A stretch of DNA of 64,000 nucleotides from Steroidobacteraceae bacterium (GCA_035568235.1 DATMOK010000027.1:11132-75131); one strand, 5' to 3'. Positions 17,935-26,917 are shown, counted from the first letter of the stretch. A program made the numbers and translations. Notes: generated from the sequence alone by a model not told the origin.

Positions 17935-19683
17935 ATGCTGTTGCGCCCTCTGACTTTGCGAGGCTCGCCGGCAGTGAAAACATCCATCGTGCGGCTCGTG
18001 ATCGGCTTGTCGGCTTTGAGCGCCGCGACGGGATTCGCGGCGGAGCGAGCCGCCCCTGCGACCGATCGTATGGATCGCGATCTGATCGAGGTCACCATCC
18101 CGCAGCTGCAGCGCTATTACGAGCAGCACAAGTACACCGTCTCGCAGGTCGTCGACTGGTACCTCGCGCGCATCGCGCGCTACAACGGCGCCTATGAGCC
18201 GGTCGAGCAGCTGTTCGACACCGAAGCGCGTGCCGCAGCAAAGCGCGAGGACGCCGAGGCGGGCGGCGCGCACGGCCCGCTCTGGGGTGTGCCGATCGTC
18301 ATCAAGGCCAACACCAGCATTCAGGGCAAGGTGACGACCAATGGCTGGGAAGGCTTCACGGTACCCGGGCACGAGCTCGTCGCGCCGCGCGATGCCACGA
18401 TCGTCGCGCGGCTCAAGGCGGCCGGCGCGATCATTCTCGGTCACACCAACATGCCGGACTTCGCCAACTCCGATACCACTCGCAGCAGCTCCTTCGGCCG
18501 TACCGGCAACGCCTATGACGTACGCTTCTCACCCGGCGGTTCCTCCGGTGGCACGGTGACGGCGGTGACCGGCAACATGGCCGTGCTCGGTAACGGCACC
18601 GACACCGGCAACTCGATCCGCATGCCCTCGGGCACCAGCGCGCTCATCGGCGTGTTCCCGACGCGCGGACTCGTCAGCATCGCCGGGATCGCGCCGCTCG
18701 ACTGGCTGCTCGATAACACCGGCCCCATTGCCCGCAACGTGACCGATGCGGCGATCGCGCTCGGTGTGATGGCGGGCGAGGACCCGCTCGATCCAGTCAC
18801 CCAGGGCTCGGCCGCCAAGGCGCAGCCCGGTCCCTACACGCAATATCTCAAGAGCGACGCGCTCCAGGGCAAGCGCTTCGGCGTGCCGGCGTTCATCCTC
18901 AAGGGCATCGGCATCCCGTTTCGCGGCACGCCCGCCGTGGTCCCGGACGGGGCAGCGCAGAAGCACGCGGACGATGAGGCCTGGCCGCTCGATCCGCGCA
19001 CGCGCGCGGCGTTCATGAAGGCGATCGAAGAGCTGCGCGCGCTCGGCGCCACCGTGGTGATGGACGACTCGGTGCTGCCGGAGAGCTTCGCCCGCGGCGC
19101 CTGGCGGATCGCCACCTATCCTTACGGGCGCGAAGGCACGGACCTGTTCCTCAAGGACTTCGGGCCCGCCGAGTACCACTCGGCCGCCGACTATCAGCGC
19201 GTCATGGGCGCACCTCTCGGCGCTCCCATGATCGGCACCGAGCCCGCGAAGTCGGAATTCGAATCCGGGGACATCAAGATCAATCAGCGCATGCTCGAGA
19301 CGGATGCGGATGCCGAGCGCAACTTCTACGGTCCGCGCCGCCGCACTCTGCAGGAATACCTCGACACCATGGAGCGGCTGCACCTCGACGGCTACCTCTA
19401 TCCGTCGAGCCAGATGCCGCCGGTCGATGAGACCATGCCGCAGTACGGCCAGGTCACCGATGGTCCGCACTCGGCGACCAGCTGGGTGAACATGCTGGGC
19501 GTGCCCGCGGTAGTCGTGGTGGGCGGCTTCTATCCGAGCGGGCTGCCGTTCGGCATGGAGTTCTCGGGACGCCCGTTCCGCGACGGCGACCTGCTCGGCA
19601 TCGCCTATGCGTGGGAGCAGGGCACGCACCACCGCCATCCTCCCGTGCTGGTCGACAAGGGACTGCTGCCGATCCCGCACTGA
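17935..19683 (+). CDS. Secreted amidase-signature family amidase
   Basis: An N-terminal signal sequence is present. The amidase-signature motif is GGSSGGTVTAVTG. The gene is divergent from the TonB-dependent receptor. Confidence 0.85.
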   Translation: MLLRPLTLRGSPAVKTSIVRLVIGLSALSAATGFAAERAAPATDRMDRDLIEVTIPQLQRYYEQHKYTVSQVVDWYLARIARYNGAYEPVEQLFDTEARAAAKREDAEAGGAHGPLWGVPIVIKANTSIQGKVTTNGWEGFTVPGHELVAPRDATIVARLKAAGAIILGHTNMPDFANSDTTRSSSFGRTGNAYDVRFSPGGSSGGTVTAVTGNMAVLGNGTDTGNSIRMPSGTSALIGVFPTRGLVSIAGIAPLDWLLDNTGPIARNVTDAAIALGVMAGEDPLDPVTQGSAAKAQPGPYTQYLKSDALQGKRFGVPAFILKGIGIPFRGTPAVVPDGAAQKHADDEAWPLDPRTRAAFMKAIEELRALGATVVMDDSVLPESFARGAWRIATYPYGREGTDLFLKDFGPAEYHSAADYQRVMGAPLGAPMIGTEPAKSEFESGDIKINQRMLETDADAERNFYGPRRRTLQEYLDTMERLHLDGYLYPSSQMPPVDETMPQYGQVTDGPHSATSWVNMLGVPAVVVVGGFYPSGLPFGMEFSGRPFRDGDLLGIAYAWEQGTHHRHPPVLVDKGLLPIPH

Positions 19684-19712
19684 AGCGCGCCGCAGCCGTC
19701 GCAGCAGAGGGC

Positions 19713-20456
19713 TCAGATCCTGAAGCGCTCCTTGAGCTCGCCCGCCATGCGGCGGCTCACCGCGAGCGGTGCCGGGCAGCCGCGCAGACGCACGAAGTGC
19801 TGCCCTTCCGGATTGCGCTCGATGGCCTCGAGGTGCTTCACCGCGACCAGCGCGTTGCGATGGATGCGCACGAACGCCGCGCCGAACTCACCCTCGAGCA
19901 GCCGCAGTGACTCCTCGATGAGGTCCTCGCCGTGCAGGTGCCGCACGGTGGTGTACTTCTGGTCGGCGAGGAAATACTGCACCTCCTCGATCGGAATCAG
20001 CTTCAGTCCCTCGCGATGGCGTGCCGCGATGTGCGTGCGCCGCGCGCCGCCGCTCGCGGCGGCGAGCTTCTGCAGCTGCGCGCGCGTCAGGCGCCCGGCG
20101 CGCACCACGGCGGTGGCGAGCTGCTCCTTGCGCACCGGCTTCAAGAGGTAGCCGACGGCATGCGCGCCGAAGGCGTCCACCGCGTACTCATCGTAGGCGG
20201 TCGTGAAGATCACCGCCGGCGGCTCCTCGAAGAGCGCAAGGTGGCGCGCCGCTTCCAGCCCGTCGATGCCCGGCATGCGCACATCGAGCAGCACGATGTC
20301 GGGGGACAGGTCATGGGTGAGGGCGAGCGCCTCGGCGCCGCTCTCGGCCTCGCCCACCACCTGCACCTCGGCAATCTCGGCGAGCAGGCTCTTCAGCCGC
20401 TCGCGCGCCGGCGACTCGTCGTCGACGATCAGGACCTTGAGGGTGACCGCGCTCAC
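19713..20456 (-). CDS. algR: LytTR-family response regulator (AlgR-like)
   Basis: The GTG start lies 8 nt after the kinase stop. The receiver domain has LKVLIVDDE...LLDVRMPG...FTTAY. The C-terminal LytTR region has YFLADQKYTTV...FVRIHRNALV. The ORF-track ORF 19713-21419 is an artefactual upstream extension. Confidence 0.85.
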   Translation of the reverse strand: MSAVTLKVLIVDDESPARERLKSLLAEIAEVQVVGEAESGAEALALTHDLSPDIVLLDVRMPGIDGLEAARHLALFEEPPAVIFTTAYDEYAVDAFGAHAVGYLLKPVRKEQLATAVVRAGRLTRAQLQKLAAASGGARRTHIAARHREGLKLIPIEEVQYFLADQKYTTVRHLHGEDLIEESLRLLEGEFGAAFVRIHRNALVAVKHLEAIERNPEGQHFVRLRGCPAPLAVSRRMAGELKERFRI

Positions 20457-20464
20457 GCTGAGCC

Positions 20465-21559
20465 TCAGGCGGCCGCCGGTGGCGCGGCGCTCGGCATCCC
20501 CTGTCTCTCGATCAGCGGAAAGCGCAGCGTGACGATGTACTCCCCGTCGAAGGTCCCCGACTTCATCAGCGCCCGCTCGCCATACATGAGCTCGAGGCGC
20601 TCGCGGATGTTGGCGAGCGCCAGGCGGTTGCCGTCGCGCTGCTGGGGACCGGCGCCGAGCGGGTTGCGCACCACGACGGTGATGAGTCCGGCGTTGATTT
20701 CGCCGGTGATGCTGACCGTGCCGCCCTCGGGGCGCGGCTCGATGCCGTGGTAGATGGCGTTCTCGAGCAGCGGCTGGATCATGAGCCCCGGGACCAGCGC
20801 CTGTCCGGGGAGCGATTCGGTGTGCCAGTCGACCGTCAGGCGCCTGCCGAGGCGCAACTGCTCCATGCGCTGGTAAGTGCGCGCCACCTCCAGCTCCTCG
20901 GCCAGCGTGATGGTGTTGTGGCGCTCGCTGAGCGTGGCGCGAAACAGGTCGGCAAGGTCCTGCACCGCGCCCTCCGCGCGCTGCGGGTCGGTGCGGGTGA
21001 GGGCGGCGATGGTGTTCATGCTGTTGAAGAGAAAATGCGGGCGGATGCGCGCCTGCAACGCGTGTACCCGGGCGGCGGCGCGCAGCTCGACGCTGCGGCG
21101 CCACTCGTGCGACACGTAGAAGTAGCGCAGCGCCAGTCCGCTCACCACCAGCCCGATCCACACGTTGCGCAGCAGGAAGCCGGCGAGGCTCGCGGGAAAG
21201 AGCGCCGCGCCGCCGGACTCGACGACCAGGTGCGTGTGGCCGATCCCCCAGGCGCATACCGAGATGACCGCCACCAGCAGCGTGAGCAGTGCCAGCACCG
21301 CGGCCGAGCCGGCCGCGACCGTGAGCCGCGACAGCGCACGCCGCAGCACGCACAGCAGGCCGGTACCGGCGAGCCCGATCCACAGCAGGAACAGCGAGGT
21401 GCGCACCAGGTCGGTCCACAGGTCCACCGCCGTGCTCTGCCGCGCGAGCGTCAGCACGATCGCGGTCAGCTCCACGATCAGCACCACGGCGAGCGTGGCG
21501 CGCGAGGTGCAGAAGTCCGGCAGGTAGAGGGAGGTTTGCTGGCCGTCGTCGGCGTTCAT
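20465..21559 (-). CDS. algZ: Sensor histidine kinase, LytS/AlgZ(FimS) type
   Basis: The N-terminus has YLPDFC followed by 4 TM segments. The kinase core has RIRPHFLFNSMNTI (H-box) and a HATPase region. It pairs with the AlgR-like regulator. Confidence 0.8.
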   Translation of the reverse strand: MNADDGQQTSLYLPDFCTSRATLAVVLIVELTAIVLTLARQSTAVDLWTDLVRTSLFLLWIGLAGTGLLCVLRRALSRLTVAAGSAAVLALLTLLVAVISVCAWGIGHTHLVVESGGAALFPASLAGFLLRNVWIGLVVSGLALRYFYVSHEWRRSVELRAAARVHALQARIRPHFLFNSMNTIAALTRTDPQRAEGAVQDLADLFRATLSERHNTITLAEELEVARTYQRMEQLRLGRRLTVDWHTESLPGQALVPGLMIQPLLENAIYHGIEPRPEGGTVSITGEINAGLITVVVRNPLGAGPQQRDGNRLALANIRERLELMYGERALMKSGTFDGEYIVTLRFPLIERQGMPSAAPPAAA

Positions 21560-22458
21560 GGGGCGCGCGGTGGTGGGGCGCTCATGATGTTGGTGCGTTC
21601 GAAGAGCTCGGCCTTGAGGCGGAAGGTGGCGGAGATGTCCTCATCGCCGTAGCCGCGCGCTACGAGCTCGGCGTATTCGCCCAGCATGCGCTCGACCACC
21701 GGCAGCTTGACGCCGAAGCGCGCCGCCATGTCGTGACAGATGCGCAGGTCCTTCTCGTGCAGGCGCACGCGAAAGCCTGGCGGATAGGCGCCGCGTGCCA
21801 TGTTGGGTGCACGGTGCACGAAGTACCACGAGGAGCCGGCGCCCTTGCCGAGGGTGTCGATCAGAATCGGCAGCGGCAGCCCCTGGGCGCGCGCGAACGC
21901 CATGGCCTCGGCCACCGCCTCGATGATGCCCGCGCACATGATCTGGTTGGTGGCCTTGGCAGCCTGGCCTGAGCCGACCGGGCCGAAGTGGCTCACGGTC
22001 TTGCCGAGCGCCTCCAGCAGCGGCCGGGCGCGCGCGAACCCCTCGGGCGTGCCGCCGACCATGATGGCGAGCGTGCCGTCGCGGGCTCCCTCGACGCCGC
22101 CCGACACCGGACAGTCGAGGAACTCGACGCCCTTGGGCTCGAGGAGCTCGGCCGCCTGGCGCGCGGTCTCGGAGCTCACCGTGGAGCAATCGAGCAGCAG
22201 CGCTCCGGACTTCAGATGTGGCGCGAGCGCACGCGCCACCTCGAGAACGTCCCCATCCGCCGAGACGCACGACACGACCGCATCGACCTCACGCGCGAGC
22301 TCGACGAGCGTCGCCGGGGCTGCCACTTCGAGCTCGGCGGCGAGCGCGGTTGCTTTGGATGGAGTGCGGTTCCAGACCGCGGTGAGCATGCCGGCGCGAT
22401 GCAGATTGCGCGCCATGCCAGCGCCCATGGCGCCGAGTCCGACAAAGCCTGCGCGCAT
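21556..22458 (-). CDS. NAD(P)-dependent beta-hydroxyacid dehydrogenase (3-hydroxyisobutyrate dehydrogenase family)
   Basis: The dinucleotide fold is GFVGLGAMGAGMA and the family core is VSGGVEGARDGTLAIMVGG. Its stop overlaps the kinase start (ATGA). Confidence 0.85.
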   Translation of the reverse strand: MRAGFVGLGAMGAGMARNLHRAGMLTAVWNRTPSKATALAAELEVAAPATLVELAREVDAVVSCVSADGDVLEVARALAPHLKSGALLLDCSTVSSETARQAAELLEPKGVEFLDCPVSGGVEGARDGTLAIMVGGTPEGFARARPLLEALGKTVSHFGPVGSGQAAKATNQIMCAGIIEAVAEAMAFARAQGLPLPILIDTLGKGAGSSWYFVHRAPNMARGAYPPGFRVRLHEKDLRICHDMAARFGVKLPVVERMLGEYAELVARGYGDEDISATFRLKAELFERTNIMSAPPPRAP

Positions 22459-22564
22459 CGCCTCACCCCGGTGCGCTCTCGCACCTCGAGCGGCCGGTAC
22501 GGCCGCGGAACGACACTATAGAGCGAAGCGCTGGCGCCCGCGCGCCCGGCTCAGCGCGCGGCGC

Positions 22565-23092
22565 TCACTCCGAGGTGGCCGCGGCGGGGTTGACCTTCGG
22601 CTCAGGGATGGGCTTGGGCTCGGGGATCGGCTGATCCGGCTTCCACTCCGGCACGCTGCCGCAGGCCGCCTGCACGTCCTTGCGCGCCTGCTCGCGGAAG
22701 GCGTCGGCGTCGGCGTCCGACAGGTACTCCCGGTCGCCGTCTTTGCCGTCCTTGTACAGGCGCCGTGACTCGATCGCCTTCGTGTAGCGCTGCTTGGCGG
22801 AGGCGCACTGCGCATCACGCACCCGGGACACTTCCTGCTGCGTGGCACGGGCATTGTCCTCGGTGCTCAGCTGCTGCGAGATGCGGTTGTTCACCGAACC
22901 GGTGCTCGCTCCCGAGGGCGCGGCGCTCGACTCCGGATGCGGCTTCACGGTCTTGATGACCACCGAGCCGGGCACCCACTCGTCGCTGTAGTGCACGACG
23001 CCGTCGGAGTCGACCCAGCGAAACACGTCGGCGTGCGCCACGGTCCAGGCACCAGCCAGAAAGAGGGCGGCAAAAGATACGAGTCGCAACAT
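22565..23092 (-). CDS. DUF4124 domain protein (secreted)
   Basis: The signal peptide is MLRLVSFAALFLAGAWTVAHA, followed by DVFRWVDSDGVVHYSD, the hallmark of DUF4124. The ORF-track ORF 22565-24706 is an artefactual fusion. Confidence 0.75.
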   Translation of the reverse strand: MLRLVSFAALFLAGAWTVAHADVFRWVDSDGVVHYSDEWVPGSVVIKTVKPHPESSAAPSGASTGSVNNRISQQLSTEDNARATQQEVSRVRDAQCASAKQRYTKAIESRRLYKDGKDGDREYLSDADADAFREQARKDVQAACGSVPEWKPDQPIPEPKPIPEPKVNPAAATSE

Positions 23093-23188
23093 AAGGGCCT
23101 CCGCCGCGGCAGTATGGCGGCTTAAGCCCCGCGGACCCTTGAACTCCGTCACATCGCCGCGGGGAGAACGGCCGCCGCCGGTCACACG

Positions 23189-23223
23189 ATACAAATACCG
23201 GGCGGGCAGCGCCAGCCGCCCGG
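23189..23223 (-). terminator. Probable intrinsic terminator after amtB
   Basis: Reading the minus strand, CCGGGCGG-10 nt-CCGCCCGG is followed by TATTTGTAT. Confidence 0.4.
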
Positions 23224-23250
23224 CCGGGACCCTGGCAGCGGGCCGGCGGG

Positions 23251-24669
23251 CTAGAGGTCGTAGGCCCGCTCGCCGTGGGAGGTGATGTCGAGTCCCTCGC
23301 GCTCCTCCTCCTCCGGCACGCGCAGCCCGACCAGAAGCTTGACGACGTAAAGGGCGGCGAGTGCGACCGCCGCGGTCCATACAAGCACGAGGCTGACCGC
23401 TTCCAGCTGGGTGAGGAACTGCCGCCAGATTCCGGGATAGCCGGTCGTGCCCGTGACGTAGTCGACGGTCGAGCCGGGGCCGCCGAGGATGGGCGCGTTG
23501 AAGATCCCGGTCGTCAGCGCGCCGAAAATCCCGCCCAGCGCGTGGATACCAAAGACGTCGAGGGAGTCGTCGGCCTTGAGCAGGCGCTTTAGCCCCGTGA
23601 CGCCCCACAGGCACACGACGCCCACGCCTGTGCCGATGACGAAGGCGCCGGGGATGCCGACGTTGCCCGCAGCCGGCGTGATGGCCACCAGCCCCGCGAC
23701 CGCCCCCGAGGCGGCGCCCAGCATCGAGGGCCTGCCCTTCAGCAGCCACTCGGCCGTCATCCAGGACAGCACCGCACAGGCGGTGGCGAGATAGGTATTC
23801 ATGAAGGCGAGCGCGGCGGAGCCGTTGGCCTCGAGTGCTGAGCCGGCGTTGAATCCGAACCAGCCGAACCAGAGGAGCGATGCCCCGACCATGGTGAGCG
23901 TCAGGTTGTGCGGTGCCATGGGCTCGCGGCCGAAGCCGACGCGCCGCCCGAGGACGAACGCGCCCACGAGCCCGGCGACGCCGGCATTGATGTGCACCAC
24001 GGTGCCGCCCGCAAAATCGAGCGCGCCCCATCGCCAGAGCAGCCCGCCCTTCGCGCTCACCGCAGCGGCCGTCGCCTGCGAGGTAAAGGCATCCGGCCCG
24101 GGCCAGTACCACACCATGTGCGCGATGGGCAGGTAGCTGAAGGTGAACCACAGCATGAGGAACAGCAGCACGGCGGAGAACTTCATGCGCTCGACGAGCG
24201 AGCCCAGGATCAGGCAGCAGGTGATGGCGGCGAAGGTGGCCTGGAAGCCGACGTATACGAGCTCGTAGAGGGGAGTTTTGCGGCTGAAGGTGCTGACGTA
24301 CGAGAACTCGCCCGTGTGGGAGTTGAAGGTGCCGGCGAGAAACAGGCGACTGAAGCCGCCGATGATGGCGTTGCCTTCGGTGAAGGCGAGCGAGTAGCCG
24401 TACACGCACCACAGCACCGTGATGAGCGAGAAGCCGACGAACACCTGCATGAGCACCGACAGCATGTTCTTGGTGCGCACCAGACCGCCGTAGAAGAGCG
24501 CCAGTGCCGGCACCGACATCAGCAGCACCAGCGCCGTGGAGGTGAGCATCCACGCGGTGTCGCCCTTGTTGGGGACCGGCGCGTCCGCCGCGGCAAGTGC
24601 GGGGACGAGCGCTAAGAGCGCTGCGGCCACGCGGGTTGCGGTTCGGGCGGCGGTCGCTGCGGTCGGCAT
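23251..24669 (-). CDS. amtB: Ammonium transporter
   Basis: The ATG at 24669 gives a signal-like N-terminus followed by KGDTAWMLTSTALVLLM. About 11 TM segments and Amt signatures such as DFAGGTVVHINAG and FGFNAGS are present. Confidence 0.9.
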   Translation of the reverse strand: MPTAATAARTATRVAAALLALVPALAAADAPVPNKGDTAWMLTSTALVLLMSVPALALFYGGLVRTKNMLSVLMQVFVGFSLITVLWCVYGYSLAFTEGNAIIGGFSRLFLAGTFNSHTGEFSYVSTFSRKTPLYELVYVGFQATFAAITCCLILGSLVERMKFSAVLLFLMLWFTFSYLPIAHMVWYWPGPDAFTSQATAAAVSAKGGLLWRWGALDFAGGTVVHINAGVAGLVGAFVLGRRVGFGREPMAPHNLTLTMVGASLLWFGWFGFNAGSALEANGSAALAFMNTYLATACAVLSWMTAEWLLKGRPSMLGAASGAVAGLVAITPAAGNVGIPGAFVIGTGVGVVCLWGVTGLKRLLKADDSLDVFGIHALGGIFGALTTGIFNAPILGGPGSTVDYVTGTTGYPGIWRQFLTQLEAVSLVLVWTAAVALAALYVVKLLVGLRVPEEEEREGLDITSHGERAYDL

Positions 24670-24760
24670 GGTGTCTCCCCGGCATTTGGGGCTGATCGCG
24701 CCGCAAACGCGTTCTGCACGCGCGCTCGAGGGCGCGTAAAGTGATGTCCTGCGCGGGAAG

Positions 24761-24776
24761 TGCAGGTTCCGTGCCA
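24761..24776 (-). promoter_or_regulatory. Sigma-54 (-24/-12) promoter candidate for amtB
   Basis: The minus strand reads TGGCACGGAACCTGCA, with correct GG-N10-GC spacing. It lies about 90 nt upstream of the amtB ATG. Confidence 0.5.
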
Positions 24777-24825
24777 CCGGCGGGCGGCGTTTTTCCGCGG
24801 GTTGCCCGCTGGGCGGGCGCGGCAC

Positions 24826-24842
24826 TGCACCGTTTTGGGGCC
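24826..24842 (-). promoter_or_regulatory. Candidate NtrC enhancer site
   Basis: The minus strand reads GGCCCCAAAACGGTGCA, compared with the remembered consensus TGCACCA-N3-TGGTGCA. It lies about 60 bp upstream of the sigma-54 element. Confidence 0.3.
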
Positions 24843-24903
24843 GCGGGCCCCGTGGCTGCGTCATCGCGGGGCGCGCGCCTTAGTCAGAGCGAGGAGCCGT
24901 ACG

Positions 24904-25164
24904 ATGGAATCACTGAGGATCGATGACCTGGCACGGCGGCTCTTCGAGCAGCTGCCGCCGGCGATGCGCGCGCTGCAGTCGGATCTCGAGAATGGCTTTC
25001 GCGCCGTGCTGCGCGAGCGGCTAGCCAAGCTCGATCTCATCACTCGCGACGAGTTCGAGGCGCAGACCCGCGTACTCGAGCGCACCCGTGCGCGGCTCGA
25101 GGCGCTCGAGGCGCGACTCGCCGCCCTCGAGGGCACATCGGAGGCGCCGCCGCCCGCAACCTGA
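24904..25164 (+). CDS. ubiK: Ubiquinone biosynthesis accessory factor UbiK (YqiC/BMFP family)
   Basis: 86 aa. The motif LDLITRDEFEAQTRVLERTRARLEALEARLAALE matches the YqiC coiled-coil pattern (LDLVSREEFDVQ...). Confidence 0.8.
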   Translation: MESLRIDDLARRLFEQLPPAMRALQSDLENGFRAVLRERLAKLDLITRDEFEAQTRVLERTRARLEALEARLAALEGTSEAPPPAT

Positions 25165-25241
25165 CAGCTGCAGTCCCGGGCATTGGGGGCGCCGTTCGGG
25201 ACGGCGAACTAAAGTGAGGCGCTGCCGCTGCGCGGCAGGCT

Positions 25242-25769
25242 CTAGTGCACCATCGACACCATATAGTCGACGGCTTGCTTGACCAGATCGTCCGGCAAAT
25301 CGGTCCGGCCGCCCTTCGGTGGCATGACCCCGCCTCCCGGGCCGCCCTGGTAGCCGTTGAGCGCGTGCTGGTAGAGCGTCGCCTTGCCCTCGGCGATGCG
25401 CGCTGCCCAGGCGGCCTTGTCGCCCGCCTTCGGCGCCCCGGCGATGCCCTGTCCGTGGCAGACGCTGCAGGTCTGGTCGAACAGCTCCTTGCCGTTCTTC
25501 GGCATCGCGGGCATCGCCGAGCCAGCCCCTGCGGGAGTCTCGCTCTTGATGGCGAGCGCCGAATTGTCCTGGCCGGCGACCGCCTCGTGCGACAGCGGCT
25601 CGACCCGGGCGGCGACGTTGCGGGCGTAGTCGGGCTCGGTGAGGATGTTGGCTTCCTGCGTGCGGCTCGCGACGATGCGCGCGAAGGCGAACAGCACCAC
25701 GGTGATCGTTACCAGGAGGCCGATCACCATGCTGAAGACGTTGAAGAAATGGGTGTCCTGCTTGCTCAC
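25242..25769 (-). CDS. Membrane-anchored cytochrome c5-type monohaem cytochrome
   Basis: It has an N-terminal TM anchor, one CSVCHG haem motif and the C-terminal MPPKGG Met-ligand region. The start codon is GTG. Confidence 0.85.
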   Translation of the reverse strand: MSKQDTHFFNVFSMVIGLLVTITVVLFAFARIVASRTQEANILTEPDYARNVAARVEPLSHEAVAGQDNSALAIKSETPAGAGSAMPAMPKNGKELFDQTCSVCHGQGIAGAPKAGDKAAWAARIAEGKATLYQHALNGYQGGPGGGVMPPKGGRTDLPDDLVKQAVDYMVSMVH

Positions 25770-25883
25770 GTGTGTTTCCGTCGAGGACGCGCCGCGCTAG
25801 GGCGCGAAGTATAGCCGCTCGGCTCGGACCGCCGTAATGCGGCGCTGCCGCGAGGCGCCAGCGCCCGCCGTTCGGGCGGCAAA

Positions 25884-25912
25884 TAGACGGCATTTCCCGC
25901 CGCGCGTATCAT
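25884..25912 (+). promoter_or_regulatory. Possible sigma-70 promoter of tRNA-Arg
   Basis: The pattern is TAGACG-17 nt-TATCAT followed by a GC-rich discriminator, 14 nt upstream of the mature tRNA 5' end. Confidence 0.35.
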
Positions 25913-25925
25913 CGCCCGCCCCAAC

Positions 25926-26002
25926 GCGCCCGTAGCTCAGTTGGATAGAGTGGCAGCCTCCGAAGCTGCAGGTCGCTGGTTCGAATCCAGTCGGGCGCGC
26001 CA
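25926..26002 (+). tRNA. tRNA-Arg (anticodon CCG)
   Basis: The cloverleaf can be read by eye. The acceptor stem is GCGCCCG/CGGGCGC. The anticodon stem-loop is GCAGC-CTCCGAA-GCTGC. The T-arm is GCTGG-TTCGAAT-CCAGT. The encoded 3' end is GCCA. Confidence 0.9.
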
Positions 26003-26022
26003 TTCGAATAAACCGACCGGCA

Positions 26023-26895
26023 CTAACGCCGGTGCTCGTAGGCCGCCAGGTCGTTGACGAGCTGGATGATCTGCGTGGGTCCCCCCGCCTTGCCGACATC
26101 CGTCGTGTACTTGCCGTTGATGACAAAGGTCGGAACGAACTGCACGCGATAGCGTGTGGTGAGCTCCTCGGCGCGCTGCAGGTCGGAGTTGACCGAGAAG
26201 GAGTTGAAGGCGCTGGCGAAGTCCTGGGCGCTGATGCCCTGCTGCGCCGCCCACGCCTGCGCGATCTTGAGCGATTCCTGGTCGCTGTCGGCGATCAGCG
26301 GATTGTGCTGCTGCTGGATGGTGTCGAACGCCTTGTCGATGAGGTCGGCACGTCCGAGCGCCTTGAGCGTATAGAACAGCTTGGCGTGCGCCTGCTGGGG
26401 CCCCTGCCACATGACGGGCACGCGCGAGAACTCGATCCAGGGCGGCTTGGTCTTGAGCCAGGCACGCACGTAGGGCTCGAGCTCGTAGCAGTGCGGGCAG
26501 CCGAGCCACATGACCTCGATGACTTCGACCTTGCCGGACTCGACGCTGGTCGGCTGCGCCGGCACCACCGGGTCGTAGTTGACGCCCGCCTTCCAGCGGC
26601 CGGATGGCAGCTGCGCATCGGGCGGCAGCGCCGCCATGCGCTCGAGCGAGGCATCGCTCGACTCGGTCTTCTCGCCCGCCGCGCCGTCCGCGGATTCCTG
26701 CGAGGCCCGCGCCTGCTCGATCTCGCTCAGCGAGGGGGTGTTGGCGGCGGGGGGCGGCGTTGCGGGCGTGGGCGGTGCGAGTACGCCCGGGGCGGAAGCG
26801 GCCGGCGGGGCGCTCGGCGGGGGCGGTACACCCTGGCGCGAGCAGGCCGCGACGCTCAGGGCGACGACGGCCGCCAGGGCAAGCCAGCGATTCAT
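26023..26895 (-). CDS. DsbA-family thiol:disulfide oxidoreductase, probable lipoprotein with a Pro/Ala-rich linker
   Basis: The ATG at 26895 (GAGGAG Shine-Dalgarno 5 nt upstream) gives MNRWLALAAVVALSVAAC, which contains a lipobox. A PPPSAPPAASAP... linker follows, and then a thioredoxin fold with WLGCPHCYELEP. Confidence 0.85.
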   Translation of the reverse strand: MNRWLALAAVVALSVAACSRQGVPPPPSAPPAASAPGVLAPPTPATPPPAANTPSLSEIEQARASQESADGAAGEKTESSDASLERMAALPPDAQLPSGRWKAGVNYDPVVPAQPTSVESGKVEVIEVMWLGCPHCYELEPYVRAWLKTKPPWIEFSRVPVMWQGPQQAHAKLFYTLKALGRADLIDKAFDTIQQQHNPLIADSDQESLKIAQAWAAQQGISAQDFASAFNSFSVNSDLQRAEELTTRYRVQFVPTFVINGKYTTDVGKAGGPTQIIQLVNDLAAYEHRR

Positions 26896-26917
26896 CGGCG
26901 CTCCTCGCATCACAGGA

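Noticed and set aside
22565-24706. A 713-aa ORF apparently fusing the DUF4124 protein to a long N-terminal region.
   Set aside because: The N-terminal 537 codons run out of frame across amtB and its flanks and are low-complexity. The DUF4124 protein has its own ATG at 23092 and its own signal peptide. The same logic applies to the upstream extensions of 19713-21419, 38526-40004 and 40657-42153.
25926-26002. tRNA-Arg as a possible genomic-island integration site.
   Set aside because: No integrase or direct repeat of the tRNA 3' end is visible. The flanking genes (cytochrome c5 and DsbA/cytochrome c4/engB) form a conserved housekeeping neighbourhood with unchanged GC content.
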